64,000 bases of DNA from Actinomycetota bacterium (GTDB lineage: Bacteria > Actinomycetota > Acidimicrobiia > Acidimicrobiales > Poriferisodalaceae): the NCBI GenBank assembly GCA_036163555.1, contig JAYZKK010000043.1:877-64876 (forward strand). Direction: 5' to 3'. Under the pieces are notes generated by a model. The model was not told the DNA's origin. It saw only the letters and a program-made list of their open reading frames with translations, and did no database searches. This document shows positions 20,166 to 29,483 of the stretch, in pieces. Within the stretch, counting starts at the first letter, position 1. Every line of letters starts with the position of its first letter. The translations under genes were made by a program, and so were the position numbers.

Positions 20166-23100
20166 TCAGGAAGCAACCTTTTCGCTTAGTACTCGAGAGG
20201 AGCCGCCCGGTGCCATCGATACGCCGTAAAGAACATCAGCCGCCTCCATTGTTCGTTTCTGATGAGTGACGATCAGTAGTTGGGCCTCCAGCCGGAATTC
20301 AGACACGAGATCCAAGAACCGGTGCAGGTTGATGTCGTCAAGGGCTGCCTCAACTTCATCCATTACATAGAAGGGGGATGGTCGACTGCGGAAGATGGCG
20401 AAAAGGAACGCCAGAGCGGTCAAAGAGCGCTCACCCCCCGATAATAAGGACAGTTTTCGCACGTTTTTTCCGGATGGCTTTGCTTCCAACTCAATACCAG
20501 TTTCAAGCATTTGATCAGGGTGCGTCAGACTCAATTTCCCTTCACCACCGGGGAAAAGTGTAGAAAATATCTGCTTGAAATTGTCTGCTACATCACCGAA
20601 TGCAGCCTCAAAGACATCAACTATTTCAGCGTCGACAGCGGTAATGACTTTATTTAATTCTCTTCGACCACTCCGAACGTCTTCTAATTGTTCTGCCACA
20701 AAGTCGTGCCGCTCTTTGAGCGCTTCATATTCCTGCAACGCCAGCGGGTTTATGGGACCCATTCGACGCAAATCACTCTCAAGTTCTCGAACCCGCGCTG
20801 TCGGAGTGACAGATTCGCCCAGCGTCGGTTCCGGCGCATGCAGTGCCTCGTCTGAGTCAGCGTTCAAATCATTACGAAGCATTTCTCGTAAGCTGTCGGC
20901 CTTAAATCTGCGTTCAGATTCTGCTATCTCATTGGACGCCGAAATCTCTTGTATTTCAGTCAATCTCTTCTCAAGAGATGACCTCTCTCCACGCAGTCCT
21001 TCTAACCGATCGGCGACAAGCCTGACTTCTGCCGACAATTCAGTGCGTCTATCGCGTAACGATCCAACCTCTTTTTCTAAGGCGCCAAGTCGTTGTTCAA
21101 GCAGGTCCCGTAAAGCTGCGAGAGCCGCCAAGGATTCCTCGACTCGTCTGAGCCGGTCAGTTTTTTCGGTCGCTTCCTGATCATTCGCTGAAAGTAAACT
21201 GCTGATCTCATTTTTGCGGTCTTCGACCCGTTTTCGTCGTTGGTCAAGCGCCTTTTCGTTCGTTTCAAGCTCTGCGCGAGCTTGAGCAGCTACTCGGATC
21301 CGGCCTTCCAGATCCCGTCGTTGAGTATGGGCATCCGTAACTGCCGATCGCTCTAAAGTCTCGGCCGCTTGCAGTTCAAGTAAGCGCCCTTCCAGTTCAG
21401 TCACCCTAGGTTGATCTCGGTCTAATGCTTGGCTTAGCTCAGCTATCCGCGTCTCAAGGATTTTTCGCTCTGAATCCAGATCTCGGCGCTGCCGTTGAAC
21501 CCTGTCGATGCCGTCAGCTGATCGTGTCAGCAGATCGTCATTACTTTCGAGCTGGGAGAGTGCGTCAGAGAACCTGATTTGGGTGTCTCTTTGTCTGGAT
21601 TCCGCTACTTCTCGTTCCACCTCCGCAGCTTCTCTCCTAGCAGTGGCCAACTGAACTTCGTCTCGTGCATCTTCTAGGGCTGCGACAGTAGAAGCGTTGT
21701 CTGCAGACCTGACGCTCCATCCATTAGGTCCGCAACAATGGCCGCTTGCCGTCACAACTGTTAATCCAGGATGCTGTTCAGCATGGTCGATTGCTTCAGA
21801 CCATCCCCCTGCAACGCATACGGCAGTAGATAGCAACGAATCGAGAAGAGGGTCGAGCTTGGGTGTTTTCCCGGTTACGCGTTCGCGAAGAAGATCCCCT
21901 GATTTGGGTCTTTCCGCAACGACATATGGACTTTTTATTGCCACCACCGAGCCACTCGCTTCGGAAGCGCCCAGCTGCTCTAACGCAATTCTGGCAGTCT
22001 TTACATCTTCGACAACCACAGACGCAAGAACTGACCCGAGCGCTGCTTCGACTGCTGTTTCCCAGCCTGGTTCAACATCAACTAATTCACCTAGGACACC
22101 TAAAACACCTTCTATTTCTTGTACTTGTTCGAATCCTGAACTTTCGCGGGCGGCTGCCATAGCTAATTCGAGGGCTTCAACTCTCGTAGACCAGGTCTGT
22201 TCATCTTTCGTTGCCGATTGTTGTTCATCAACTACGGCAGCCAAAATTTCTGCAGCCGAGTCCGCTTCATTTTGGGTCTGGTCTACGTCTTGAACCATGG
22301 CCGCTTCGGCACTCGAAGCTGAGGCCAAATTCATCTGCAGTTCATCAAGATGCTGTTCTGCCTCAGAGATTTCAGCGGTCAGTTGTTCAACCCGCTTAGT
22401 GAGGCGGTCGTATTCTCCTGTCAGCCGTTCAAGTCCTCGCGTTAGCGGACCCAATTCACCTTTTACTTCAGCCGCTCTTTTGGCTGCATCAAGTCCGACA
22501 AGCGGAGCATCAATTTCCAGTGAGTCTGCCTCGTTGGTCAACTGTGTCTCAGTCTCGGAAAGCTCGGCAAGTTTCCCCCTGATGCTCTCCTCACGGTTCG
22601 TTATCTCGACGAGCTCATCTGACAATCGGGATGATTCCGCTTCAAGTGTCAGAGCCACATCAGCAGCAACAAGCAGCCCTCGGTCTCGTTCCGTCGTTCG
22701 GGACCGTTCATCGACTAAGGCAATCAATCCCCGACATCTCTCTCTGAGAGACTCGACTCTGGGTAGTAAGTCCATGCCTTGATCACCGGCTGCTGCCAGT
22801 TGTGCTTCCGAAGCAGTTATCTCGACGTCGAGTCCCCCTAGTTCTCCGCGCAACCTCACTTGTTCAGCGTTAGTTTCAAGGGTCTGTTCTTTTGCTGCGG
22901 CTTGCGCCGTTTCTAGAGTTCGAATTTCCTTGCCGGTCAGGTAGAGCCGGATTGACCTGAGTTCCTCAGCCACCGCTCCGTGGCGTTTCGCCGCGTCTGC
23001 TTGTTTTTCCAGCGGACGCAACTGGCGACGCACTTCTTTTTGGAGATCTTGAAGTCGTGTCATGTTGGCTTCAGTCGCGGCTAACCGTCGCTCTGCTCGT

Positions 23101-23624
23101 TCTTTTCGTCGCCGATATTTGAGAATCCCCGCTGCTTCTTCAACTATCGCGCGTCGATCTTCTGGCCGTGAATTTAGCACTTGGTCTATCTGACCCTGAG
23201 CCACAATGACGTGCTGTTGCCGACCCACTCCGGCGTCGCTCAACAGCTCTTGAATATCGAGCAGACGGCAGGGAACTCCATTAAGCGAATACTCAGAATC
23301 TCCTGAGCGGTACAAAGTCCTTGTAACGGTCACCTCCGTGAACTCGATTGGCAGCGAGCCAGAGGAGTTATCAATCACAAGACTCACCTCAGCGCGCCCG
23401 AGCGCTGGACGGTCGGGAGTGCCGGCAAAGACGACATCTTCCATTTTCCCTGATCGCACCGTGCTCGGCCCCTGAGCACCTAAAACCCACGCCACGGCGT
23501 CAACAACGTTTGATTTACCACTGCCATTAGGACCGACAACGACCGTCACCCCTGGCTCGAATTCCAACACTGTTGGGTCGGCAAAGGACTTGAAGCCCTT
23601 CATGGTGAGTGACTTTAGGAACAC
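20166..23624 (-). CDS. smc: chromosome segregation protein SMC
   Basis: GFKSFA, GPNGSGKSN, coiled coils and hinge, LSGGE, MDEVEAALD; start placed at GTG 23624 (VFLKSL). Confidence 0.97.
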   Translation of the reverse strand: MFLKSLTMKGFKSFADPTVLEFEPGVTVVVGPNGSGKSNVVDAVAWVLGAQGPSTVRSGKMEDVVFAGTPDRPALGRAEVSLVIDNSSGSLPIEFTEVTVTRTLYRSGDSEYSLNGVPCRLLDIQELLSDAGVGRQQHVIVAQGQIDQVLNSRPEDRRAIVEEAAGILKYRRRKERAERRLAATEANMTRLQDLQKEVRRQLRPLEKQADAAKRHGAVAEELRSIRLYLTGKEIRTLETAQAAAKEQTLETNAEQVRLRGELGGLDVEITASEAQLAAAGDQGMDLLPRVESLRERCRGLIALVDERSRTTERDRGLLVAADVALTLEAESSRLSDELVEITNREESIRGKLAELSETETQLTNEADSLEIDAPLVGLDAAKRAAEVKGELGPLTRGLERLTGEYDRLTKRVEQLTAEISEAEQHLDELQMNLASASSAEAAMVQDVDQTQNEADSAAEILAAVVDEQQSATKDEQTWSTRVEALELAMAAARESSGFEQVQEIEGVLGVLGELVDVEPGWETAVEAALGSVLASVVVEDVKTARIALEQLGASEASGSVVAIKSPYVVAERPKSGDLLRERVTGKTPKLDPLLDSLLSTAVCVAGGWSEAIDHAEQHPGLTVVTASGHCCGPNGWSVRSADNASTVAALEDARDEVQLATARREAAEVEREVAESRQRDTQIRFSDALSQLESNDDLLTRSADGIDRVQRQRRDLDSERKILETRIAELSQALDRDQPRVTELEGRLLELQAAETLERSAVTDAHTQRRDLEGRIRVAAQARAELETNEKALDQRRKRVEDRKNEISSLLSANDQEATEKTDRLRRVEESLAALAALRDLLEQRLGALEKEVGSLRDRRTELSAEVRLVADRLEGLRGERSSLEKRLTEIQEISASNEIAESERRFKADSLREMLRNDLNADSDEALHAPEPTLGESVTPTARVRELESDLRRMGPINPLALQEYEALKERHDFVAEQLEDVRSGRRELNKVITAVDAEIVDVFEAAFGDVADNFKQIFSTLFPGGEGKLSLTHPDQMLETGIELEAKPSGKNVRKLSLLSGGERSLTALAFLFAIFRSRPSPFYVMDEVEAALDDINLHRFLDLVSEFRLEAQLLIVTHQKRTMEAADVLYGVSMAPGGSSRVLSEKVAS

Positions 23625-23753
23625 TAGTAATGACCTAACCGGAGAACGACGTAGCGCCACCAACACCAGTGGCACTCCGACATCATGCCCTCTCGCTGGG
23701 CCTCATTGGTTGACCCTTAGCTAGGTATTTGATTTATGTGAATGTTTTGCCTT

Positions 23754-24584
23754 CTACACCTGATAATCGCAGTAATAGTGGGTAGATCCACCGACCCTCG
23801 CTGTAAGGACGTCTCCACGGCCATTCTTGCTTCGTTCCCCACCTCGACCGTATACCTCCAGATACTCGTCATATCCTCCAGGTTGACCGAAAACGTCGCA
23901 GCTTCCATCAAGACCGACTCCACGATGTTTCACGGCATTGTGGATCGTCTCAACAATCGCTCTGTACAGCCTGCGTATTTCTTGGGTGATTAACTGATCC
24001 GCGATTCTGTCGTGGCGGAGTAACGCTGCATGAAGAATTTCGTCACTGTAGATCGGGCCTAATCCAACAATGAAGGTTGGGTCCATCAAAAGCGGTCGTA
24101 ATTTGGTGTCATGTTCCAGTAATCGCCTTCCGAAGTCAGTCCACGAAATCGGCTCATCAACCGGGTCGAAACCGAGCTCTGCAACTTCCGGAAATACTTG
24201 AGCCATCTCTTCATCGTCCACCAACGTCACGGTTGCGCTTTTCTCATTATCGATCAGCCGCAGCTGACCTTTCTGCGTGAAGCCGATAATTAGCTGAGTG
24301 TCTGGCTCTCGAACATCTTTATTTGCGGCTCTTTGTAATGACCCTCCGACCCCAAGGTCGATAACCAACGATTGACCATTCCCTACTTCCAGGCAAAGCA
24401 GCATGCCCACACGTTTCACAACTGAAATCTTGCGCCCGGACAAAGCCTTAGTCAGACCCGTTTTGTTCGCCTGACCTGGGATCAGCCGCTTGGGTCCGAT
24501 GACATCTATTTCTTTGATTTTCAAACCACCCACTTCCCGATCTAGGTCACGGCGAGCGGTTTCGAGTTCAGGCAGTTCCAACAT
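23754..24584 (-). CDS. mutM: Fpg/MutM-family protein, probably catalytically degenerate
   Basis: MLELPELE N-terminus, H2TH motif LLMD..FIVGLGPIYSDEIL, canonical rnc-mutM-smc position; catalytic residues and zinc-finger cysteines are substituted. Confidence 0.8.
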   Translation of the reverse strand: MLELPELETARRDLDREVGGLKIKEIDVIGPKRLIPGQANKTGLTKALSGRKISVVKRVGMLLCLEVGNGQSLVIDLGVGGSLQRAANKDVREPDTQLIIGFTQKGQLRLIDNEKSATVTLVDDEEMAQVFPEVAELGFDPVDEPISWTDFGRRLLEHDTKLRPLLMDPTFIVGLGPIYSDEILHAALLRHDRIADQLITQEIRRLYRAIVETIHNAVKHRGVGLDGSCDVFGQPGGYDEYLEVYGRGGERSKNGRGDVLTARVGGSTHYYCDYQV

Positions 24585-25326
24585 GTTTAGATTTTCCTTG
24601 GTCGGTTGATTGGTTGACCTCTTTAGCTAAGTGGAGTTCGATCCAAGCCTCGTCGGCAGCAGCTTGCTCAGCTTGCTTTTTGGAAGTTCCTTGACCTCTG
24701 CCGTGCACTGAACCCGCGAAAGAAACCTCGGCATAGAACCGTTTGTCGTGGTCAGGTCCACTCTCCTGCAGGGCATAGGCTGGCGAGTCCCCATAAACAC
24801 GAACGACAAACTCCTGTAGTCGTGTTTTCGCGTCTCCGATACCGGGGTCGACGGATACTTGCTCTATCCGTTCACTCAATGCCTCAATAATGAACTCCTC
24901 GGTCGCATCAAGCCCTCCGTCGAGATACATCGCTCCTAGGAGAGCTTCAAATGCATCGCATAAGAGCGAAGCTTTCTGTCGACCCCCAGATCGATCTTCA
25001 CCTACCCCTAGCAGCAAGGCGTCTCCTAGTTCGTAGCTACCAGCTGCTTCGGCGAGACTGGCGGCGTTCACGACAGCGGATCTTGCCTGGGCGAGTTCGC
25101 CCTCACTCCATTCTGGGTGTGTTCGATAGAGGTGATTTGTTATGCAATGTCCTAGTACTGCATCACCCAATAGTTCGAGCCGTTCATTTGATGGCGAATC
25201 GTCGCGTTCAGCACACCAACTTCGATGGGACATGGCCAACAAAAGCAGATTGCTATCGCTGAAGGAATATCCAATTCGGTCAGCTAGCGCCAAGAGTTGG
25301 TCGTCGGACCTCAAAGTGTCAACCAA
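24568..25326 (-). CDS. rnc: ribonuclease III
   Basis: NERLELLGDAVL, DAFEALLGAMYLD, dsRBD GPDHDKRF..GTSKKQAEQAAA. Confidence 0.97.
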   Translation of the reverse strand: MVDTLRSDDQLLALADRIGYSFSDSNLLLLAMSHRSWCAERDDSPSNERLELLGDAVLGHCITNHLYRTHPEWSEGELAQARSAVVNAASLAEAAGSYELGDALLLGVGEDRSGGRQKASLLCDAFEALLGAMYLDGGLDATEEFIIEALSERIEQVSVDPGIGDAKTRLQEFVVRVYGDSPAYALQESGPDHDKRFYAEVSFAGSVHGRGQGTSKKQAEQAAADEAWIELHLAKEVNQSTDQGKSKHVGTA

Positions 25327-25609
25327 TTCGTGCCATGACGTAATCGATCGCGTCTCGGACGGTTTTTAGGTCCTCGAGGTCCTCATCCTCAATTCGAAAG
25401 CCCACAGTACGTTCAGAAAGCTCTTCCTCAAGACCCTCTACGAGTTCGATGAGAGCAAGTGAATCCGCTTCAAGGTCTTCCACGAAAGAAGACGATTCTG
25501 CAATTCGACCGGGGTCTATCTCAAGGATGTCTGACAGTTGGTCGCGGATGATACTAAAGACGCCATCTCGATCGGGCGGGCTCTGTTCGACATGTGTTTC
25601 GGCAGGCAA
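25319..25609 (-). CDS. acpP: acyl carrier protein
   Basis: DLEADSLALIEL phosphopantetheine site; TTG start after AGGAG; plsX-acpP-rnc order. Confidence 0.92.
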   Translation of the reverse strand: MPAETHVEQSPPDRDGVFSIIRDQLSDILEIDPGRIAESSSFVEDLEADSLALIELVEGLEEELSERTVGFRIEDEDLEDLKTVRDAIDYVMARIG

Positions 25610-25723
25610 CGGAGACTCCTACGAGACTGGTTTAGGTTGAACCCACCATAGCAGATGGCACAAATTGCCACTTTAGGTGATTTTTATCGCTTAAATAATG
25701 CTTAGTGTGGTTTTCCTGCCTCT

Positions 25724-26689
25724 TTAGAGGCTAATAGCCGAGGCCAATTCTCCGACTAGATCGCGCTCAACCATGTCCTGAGCGACCTTGCATGCGTTAA
25801 CTATGGCAGTCGGGCCTGCTGAACCGTGACTTATTATCGCTACACCATTAACCCCAAGCAGCATGGCTCCTCCCACAGCGTCGGGATTAAGTTCCGCCGC
25901 GATTGGTGCAAGATGACCCAACGCCTGAGCCCCTACTTCAGCGGCATCCTCAGTGCTCAGCGCTGAAATTATCTGGTTCACAAGAAACTGAACCGTTCCC
26001 TCCAAGGTTTTCAGAATGACATTTCCAGTAAATCCATCGGCAACGAGTACGTCCACGTCGCCGTCTAGAACGTCACGCCCTTCAACATTTCCGATGAAAT
26101 TAATAGTCGAATCGTCAGCCAACAAATGGTGTGCCTCTTTAACCAGCTGGTTACCTTTTTCGGGCTCTTCGCCGATAGAAACTAAACCGATACGAGGTGA
26201 AGCCACTTCGTATCGTACCTGTGTAAATACTGACCCCATTCGAGCAAACTGGTGCAACCAGTCAGGTTGACAGTCGGCCATGGCCCCCGAATCAAGCAAG
26301 ATCTTCGGTGCCCGTCCAGGAACAGGGAGCGTGGTCGCGATCGCAGGGCGATTCACTCCCTGAAGTCGTTTCATTCGTAATAACGCAGCTGCTGCGACAG
26401 CACCGGTGTTTCCTGCACTCACCATGGCTGAAGCGTGTCCGTCTCGAACGCGTTCTGCCGCACGCACTATGGACGAATCCTTTTTCGTTCTTACTGCTCG
26501 ACCTGGCTCGTCATCCATCTCAATTACTTCGAGAGCTGGGTGCAGCGCAATACCGTCATAGTTGGAGATGCGGGCGGGATCTCCGACTAATTCAACCGGA
26601 ATACCACTACTGAGTGCCTCCCGGACACCATCGACAATGACGGAGGGCGCGTTATCTCCACCCATTGCGTCAACGACGATGGGCTTCAC
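25724..26689 (-). CDS. plsX: phosphate acyltransferase PlsX
   Basis: VDAMGGDNAP, SAGNTGA, RPAI, FIGNVEG, DGFTGNVILK, ISHG. Confidence 0.97.
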   Translation of the reverse strand: MKPIVVDAMGGDNAPSVIVDGVREALSSGIPVELVGDPARISNYDGIALHPALEVIEMDDEPGRAVRTKKDSSIVRAAERVRDGHASAMVSAGNTGAVAAAALLRMKRLQGVNRPAIATTLPVPGRAPKILLDSGAMADCQPDWLHQFARMGSVFTQVRYEVASPRIGLVSIGEEPEKGNQLVKEAHHLLADDSTINFIGNVEGRDVLDGDVDVLVADGFTGNVILKTLEGTVQFLVNQIISALSTEDAAEVGAQALGHLAPIAAELNPDAVGGAMLLGVNGVAIISHGSAGPTAIVNACKVAQDMVERDLVGELASAISL

Positions 26690-26707
26690 AACGATTTCGC
26701 TGTTTCG

Positions 26708-26887
26708 CTAGTCAACTTCGACAGCTTGACGACCCGCATACCAGCCGCAATTGCCGCAAACCCGATGCGGCAATTTTGCCTCGGAGCATCGCGGACATGA
26801 ACTGCGTGAGGAAGGGCGAAGCTTCCACGCGGCAGCACGACGACTGCGCGTTTTTGACTTGGAAGTCTTTTTCTTCGGGACGGCCAT
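26708..26887 (-). CDS. rpmF: 50S ribosomal protein L32 (zinc-binding form)
   Basis: MAVPKKKTSKSKTRSRRA, CPRC..PHRVCGNCGWY. Confidence 0.97.
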   Translation of the reverse strand: MAVPKKKTSKSKTRSRRAAAWKLRPSSRSSCPRCSEAKLPHRVCGNCGWYAGRQAVEVD

Positions 26888-27098
26888 CGTCAACCTCACG
26901 AAATTGGCTCAGCGTGGTGCGCTAAGCGAGCGAATGTAACTCCGATTTGGTGCCAATGACCGCAGTCAATACACGGCACTACGCCTCGGTGTGAAGTGCG
27001 TCAGAAGTACCAACGCAGACAAAAGAGGCTACCTGAAGAGGAATCGACCTCCTACTGTCATCTCCCCCACCACCCTTGAGCTTGATAGCAGCAATTTT

Positions 27099-27653
27099 TT
27101 ATTCGTCTTCAAAAGTAAGGTCGTCCAGCGCTGCCCATCGCGGATCTTTGGGTTCCTTACGGTCTTGATCTTCATCGGAATGATTGTCTGAAAGTTGATA
27201 TGCAGGTGCCGCCGCCAAACATTCTTCAAGTGCTGAACAGCGGATCACTCCAACGGGAAGTTCAAGTAATACGGCGTCTCGAATCATTGGCTCTAAGTCA
27301 ATGAACTCTTCGCCAAGTTTGTAGGACTCTCCCTCTCGAGGGTGTTCCTCAAACAATTCTTCGACTTCGGCTATCGCGCACCCATCAACTTGGCGCAGGC
27401 AACGCGAGCATTCCGCATTCCAGTTGACCGACACTTTGCCGTTGACGGTTACTCCTCCTCGTATCTGATCAATGAGGAGATCGACCAGAACAAGTTCGTC
27501 GGGGGGAAGGGAAACGTCGCCCACTTGTAACGGGCTGTCTAGGTCTTGCAGTAGAGCGGCTCGAACTTCGACCTTCCATTCTCTGATGGGTTCGAGACGT
27601 TGAAGCCTTTCCAGCGGGAAACGAAGTTCGGGATGTGGACTCGCGTCTCTCAA
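27099..27653 (-). CDS. yceD: YceD/DUF177 family protein
   Basis: ECSRCL, IDLEPMIRDAVLLELP, DPRWAAL; upstream of rpmF. Confidence 0.9.
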   Translation of the reverse strand: MRDASPHPELRFPLERLQRLEPIREWKVEVRAALLQDLDSPLQVGDVSLPPDELVLVDLLIDQIRGGVTVNGKVSVNWNAECSRCLRQVDGCAIAEVEELFEEHPREGESYKLGEEFIDLEPMIRDAVLLELPVGVIRCSALEECLAAAPAYQLSDNHSDEDQDRKEPKDPRWAALDDLTFEDE

Positions 27654-28195
27654 CTCTCATCCTGGTCAAAAACTTCAGGGCCTGAAGTGCGTTCGCGCTC
27701 CGGCGCTTCGGGTTCCGCCACCGTCATCGTTGGCTGTAATCGTTTCCTGGCGTTACCTACCGCGCCTTGGACCTTCTCTAGAGCGTCAGCAAACTGCTCG
27801 AGTCGTTGGTCGCAATAGTCGTCGACTTCGTGTTGCCTTCTTCGGGCCTGGGACTCCGCCTGTTCCACCATTTGTCGAGCTTTGCGTTCAGCTGATCGAA
27901 CGACTTCGGTTCTCTGCACCATCTGGGCTACGCGGGTTCGAGCCTCCTCGATAACTAACCCGGCGTCGACCCTCGCCTTCGAAAGCAGGTCCTCGCGTTC
28001 TTTCAGCAACCACCTTGCTTCTCGGACTTCTTCGGGCAACTCCAATATTGCGGCTTCTAGTAACTCAATGATCTCATCGCGACTGACCATGACAGACGTT
28101 GATAGGGGCATGGGTCTGGCGGCATTGATGACATCGATAACCCGCCGCACCAGGGCTTCGACACCCGGACCGCTCAACGGCGCGGCATCAGTCAC
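27650..28195 (-). CDS. SepIVA/Rv2927c-like coiled-coil protein
   Basis: ARPMPLSTSVMVSRDE..LPEEVREARWLLKERE, VDDYCDQRL; between coaD and yceD. Confidence 0.75.
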   Translation of the reverse strand: MTDAAPLSGPGVEALVRRVIDVINAARPMPLSTSVMVSRDEIIELLEAAILELPEEVREARWLLKEREDLLSKARVDAGLVIEEARTRVAQMVQRTEVVRSAERKARQMVEQAESQARRRQHEVDDYCDQRLEQFADALEKVQGAVGNARKRLQPTMTVAEPEAPERERTSGPEVFDQDES

Positions 28196-28671
28196 TTGGG
28201 CATCTTCTCTCTGAGTCGCTTCGCAATGGATTCGGGTACAAGATGGGAGCAGTCAGTTCCGAAGGCGGTGATGTCACGTATGTACTTCGACGCTATGAAT
28301 GCATTTTCGCTTGTTGATGGCAAAAACAATGTTTCGACTCCGCTAACGGATTTGTTCATCTGGGCCATTTGGAGCTCGGACTCGAAGTCCGCTAACCCTC
28401 TTAACCCTTTGATTATGAAGTCAACTTCTAAGCGACGAGCCAAATCGACCACCAACTCACCGAACTGGACAACTTCAACGTTGCCCAAGTGCTCACATGC
28501 GTCCGTAAGCATTTCTACGCGCTCTTCATCGGTGAAGAATGGTGAGGACTTCTGAGGATTCCTCATTGCCGCAACCACTACGTGGTCAAACAGGCGACTT
28601 GCAGTCGCACAGATCTCCATGTGGCCGTTGTGGACAGGGTCAAACGAGCCTGGGTACAGAACCTTGACCAC
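28192..28671 (-). CDS. coaD: phosphopantetheine adenylyltransferase
   Basis: YPGSFDPVHNGH, KGLRGLADFESE..MAQMN. Confidence 0.97.
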   Translation of the reverse strand: MVKVLYPGSFDPVHNGHMEICATASRLFDHVVVAAMRNPQKSSPFFTDEERVEMLTDACEHLGNVEVVQFGELVVDLARRLEVDFIIKGLRGLADFESELQMAQMNKSVSGVETLFLPSTSENAFIASKYIRDITAFGTDCSHLVPESIAKRLREKMPK

Positions 28672-28762
28672 GAGTGTCTCCTCGCCTAGCGCTTCGGGCT
28701 ACTTGAAACGGTACCGACCCTGAAGGGAATCCTCCACTGTCAACAGTCCAAATATGCACAAA

Positions 28763-29284
28763 TCAAGACATTTTTGTTTCACTAGGTCTCAAAATGGTCA
28801 CGACAGCCTTGCCATAGGTTTTGCTCCGCACCACTTCCCAGTCGGGAAAAATGCCAAGCGGCGTGTCGCTCTCCGCGACTATCAAAGCTTTTCCTGCCAC
28901 TTCCAGCAGCTCATTCCAAGCCTCAAAGCCATAGGGTGGGTCTGCTAACACTAAATCGACCTCAAGAGATCGGAGTCGCTGAACCGAATCTCCGTGGATC
29001 ACCTGACCTTCCAACCCGAGACTTTCCAAGTTCTCACTGATAGTTCGACAAGCTGTCAGATCATTGTCAACGAAGGTCGTCGCAAGCGCCCCACGCGACA
29101 AGGCTTCCAGGCCCAGCGCTCCGGAACCGGCAAACAAGTCAGCTACACGGCAACCAGCAGGTAACCCCAGGCTAAACAACATATTGAAGATTGCTTCGCG
29201 CGCTCGCTCGGATGTAGGGCGGGCTTTACCGTTTTGAGGCGCCAATATTCGTCGACCACTCAATTCGCCTCCGACAATACGCAT
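28763..29284 (-). CDS. rsmD: 16S rRNA (guanine966-N2)-methyltransferase RsmD
   Basis: MRIVGG, RPTSERAREAIFN, DLFAGSGALGLEALSRGA, DPPY; leaderless-looking ATG 29284. Confidence 0.95.
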   Translation of the reverse strand: MRIVGGELSGRRILAPQNGKARPTSERAREAIFNMLFSLGLPAGCRVADLFAGSGALGLEALSRGALATTFVDNDLTACRTISENLESLGLEGQVIHGDSVQRLRSLEVDLVLADPPYGFEAWNELLEVAGKALIVAESDTPLGIFPDWEVVRSKTYGKAVVTILRPSETKMS

Positions 29285-29312
29285 GGGATGACAATAACGG
29301 CACACTGTTGGT

Positions 29313-29471
29313 ATGCAGGTTCCCGAATCGATTATCTGCGTTGATTGTGGCGGCTTGTGTCGTCGAATTAGCTACGAAGAACCCGACGAAGGGTTTCAAC
29401 CCGGTGATGTAGTTGCCTACCGATGCCGAGAATGCCTTGACCGTTGGGACATAGTGGTCGAAGACGAGTAG
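29313..29471 (+). CDS. 52-aa zinc-ribbon microprotein (not in the ORF track)
   Basis: MQVPESIICVDCGGLCRRISYEEPDEGFQPGDVVAYRCRECLDRWDIVVEDE*; two CxxC pairs; fills the rsmD-recG gap; CACACT 6 nt upstream. Confidence 0.8.
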   Translation: MQVPESIICVDCGGLCRRISYEEPDEGFQPGDVVAYRCRECLDRWDIVVEDE

Positions 29472-29483
29472 AACAAAGGTCGC

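Noticed and set aside
23705-24632. Imperfect direct repeat ATTGGTTGACC..TTAGCTA flanking the Fpg-like gene
   Set aside because: Only 11 bp exact, one copy lies inside rnc, and the gene is in its ancestral position, so an insertion scar is unnecessary; likely chance
25656-25670. TGGCACAAATTGCCA as a sigma-54 promoter upstream of acpP
   Set aside because: Spacing between TGGCAC and TTGC is 3 rather than 5; at most a weak palindrome
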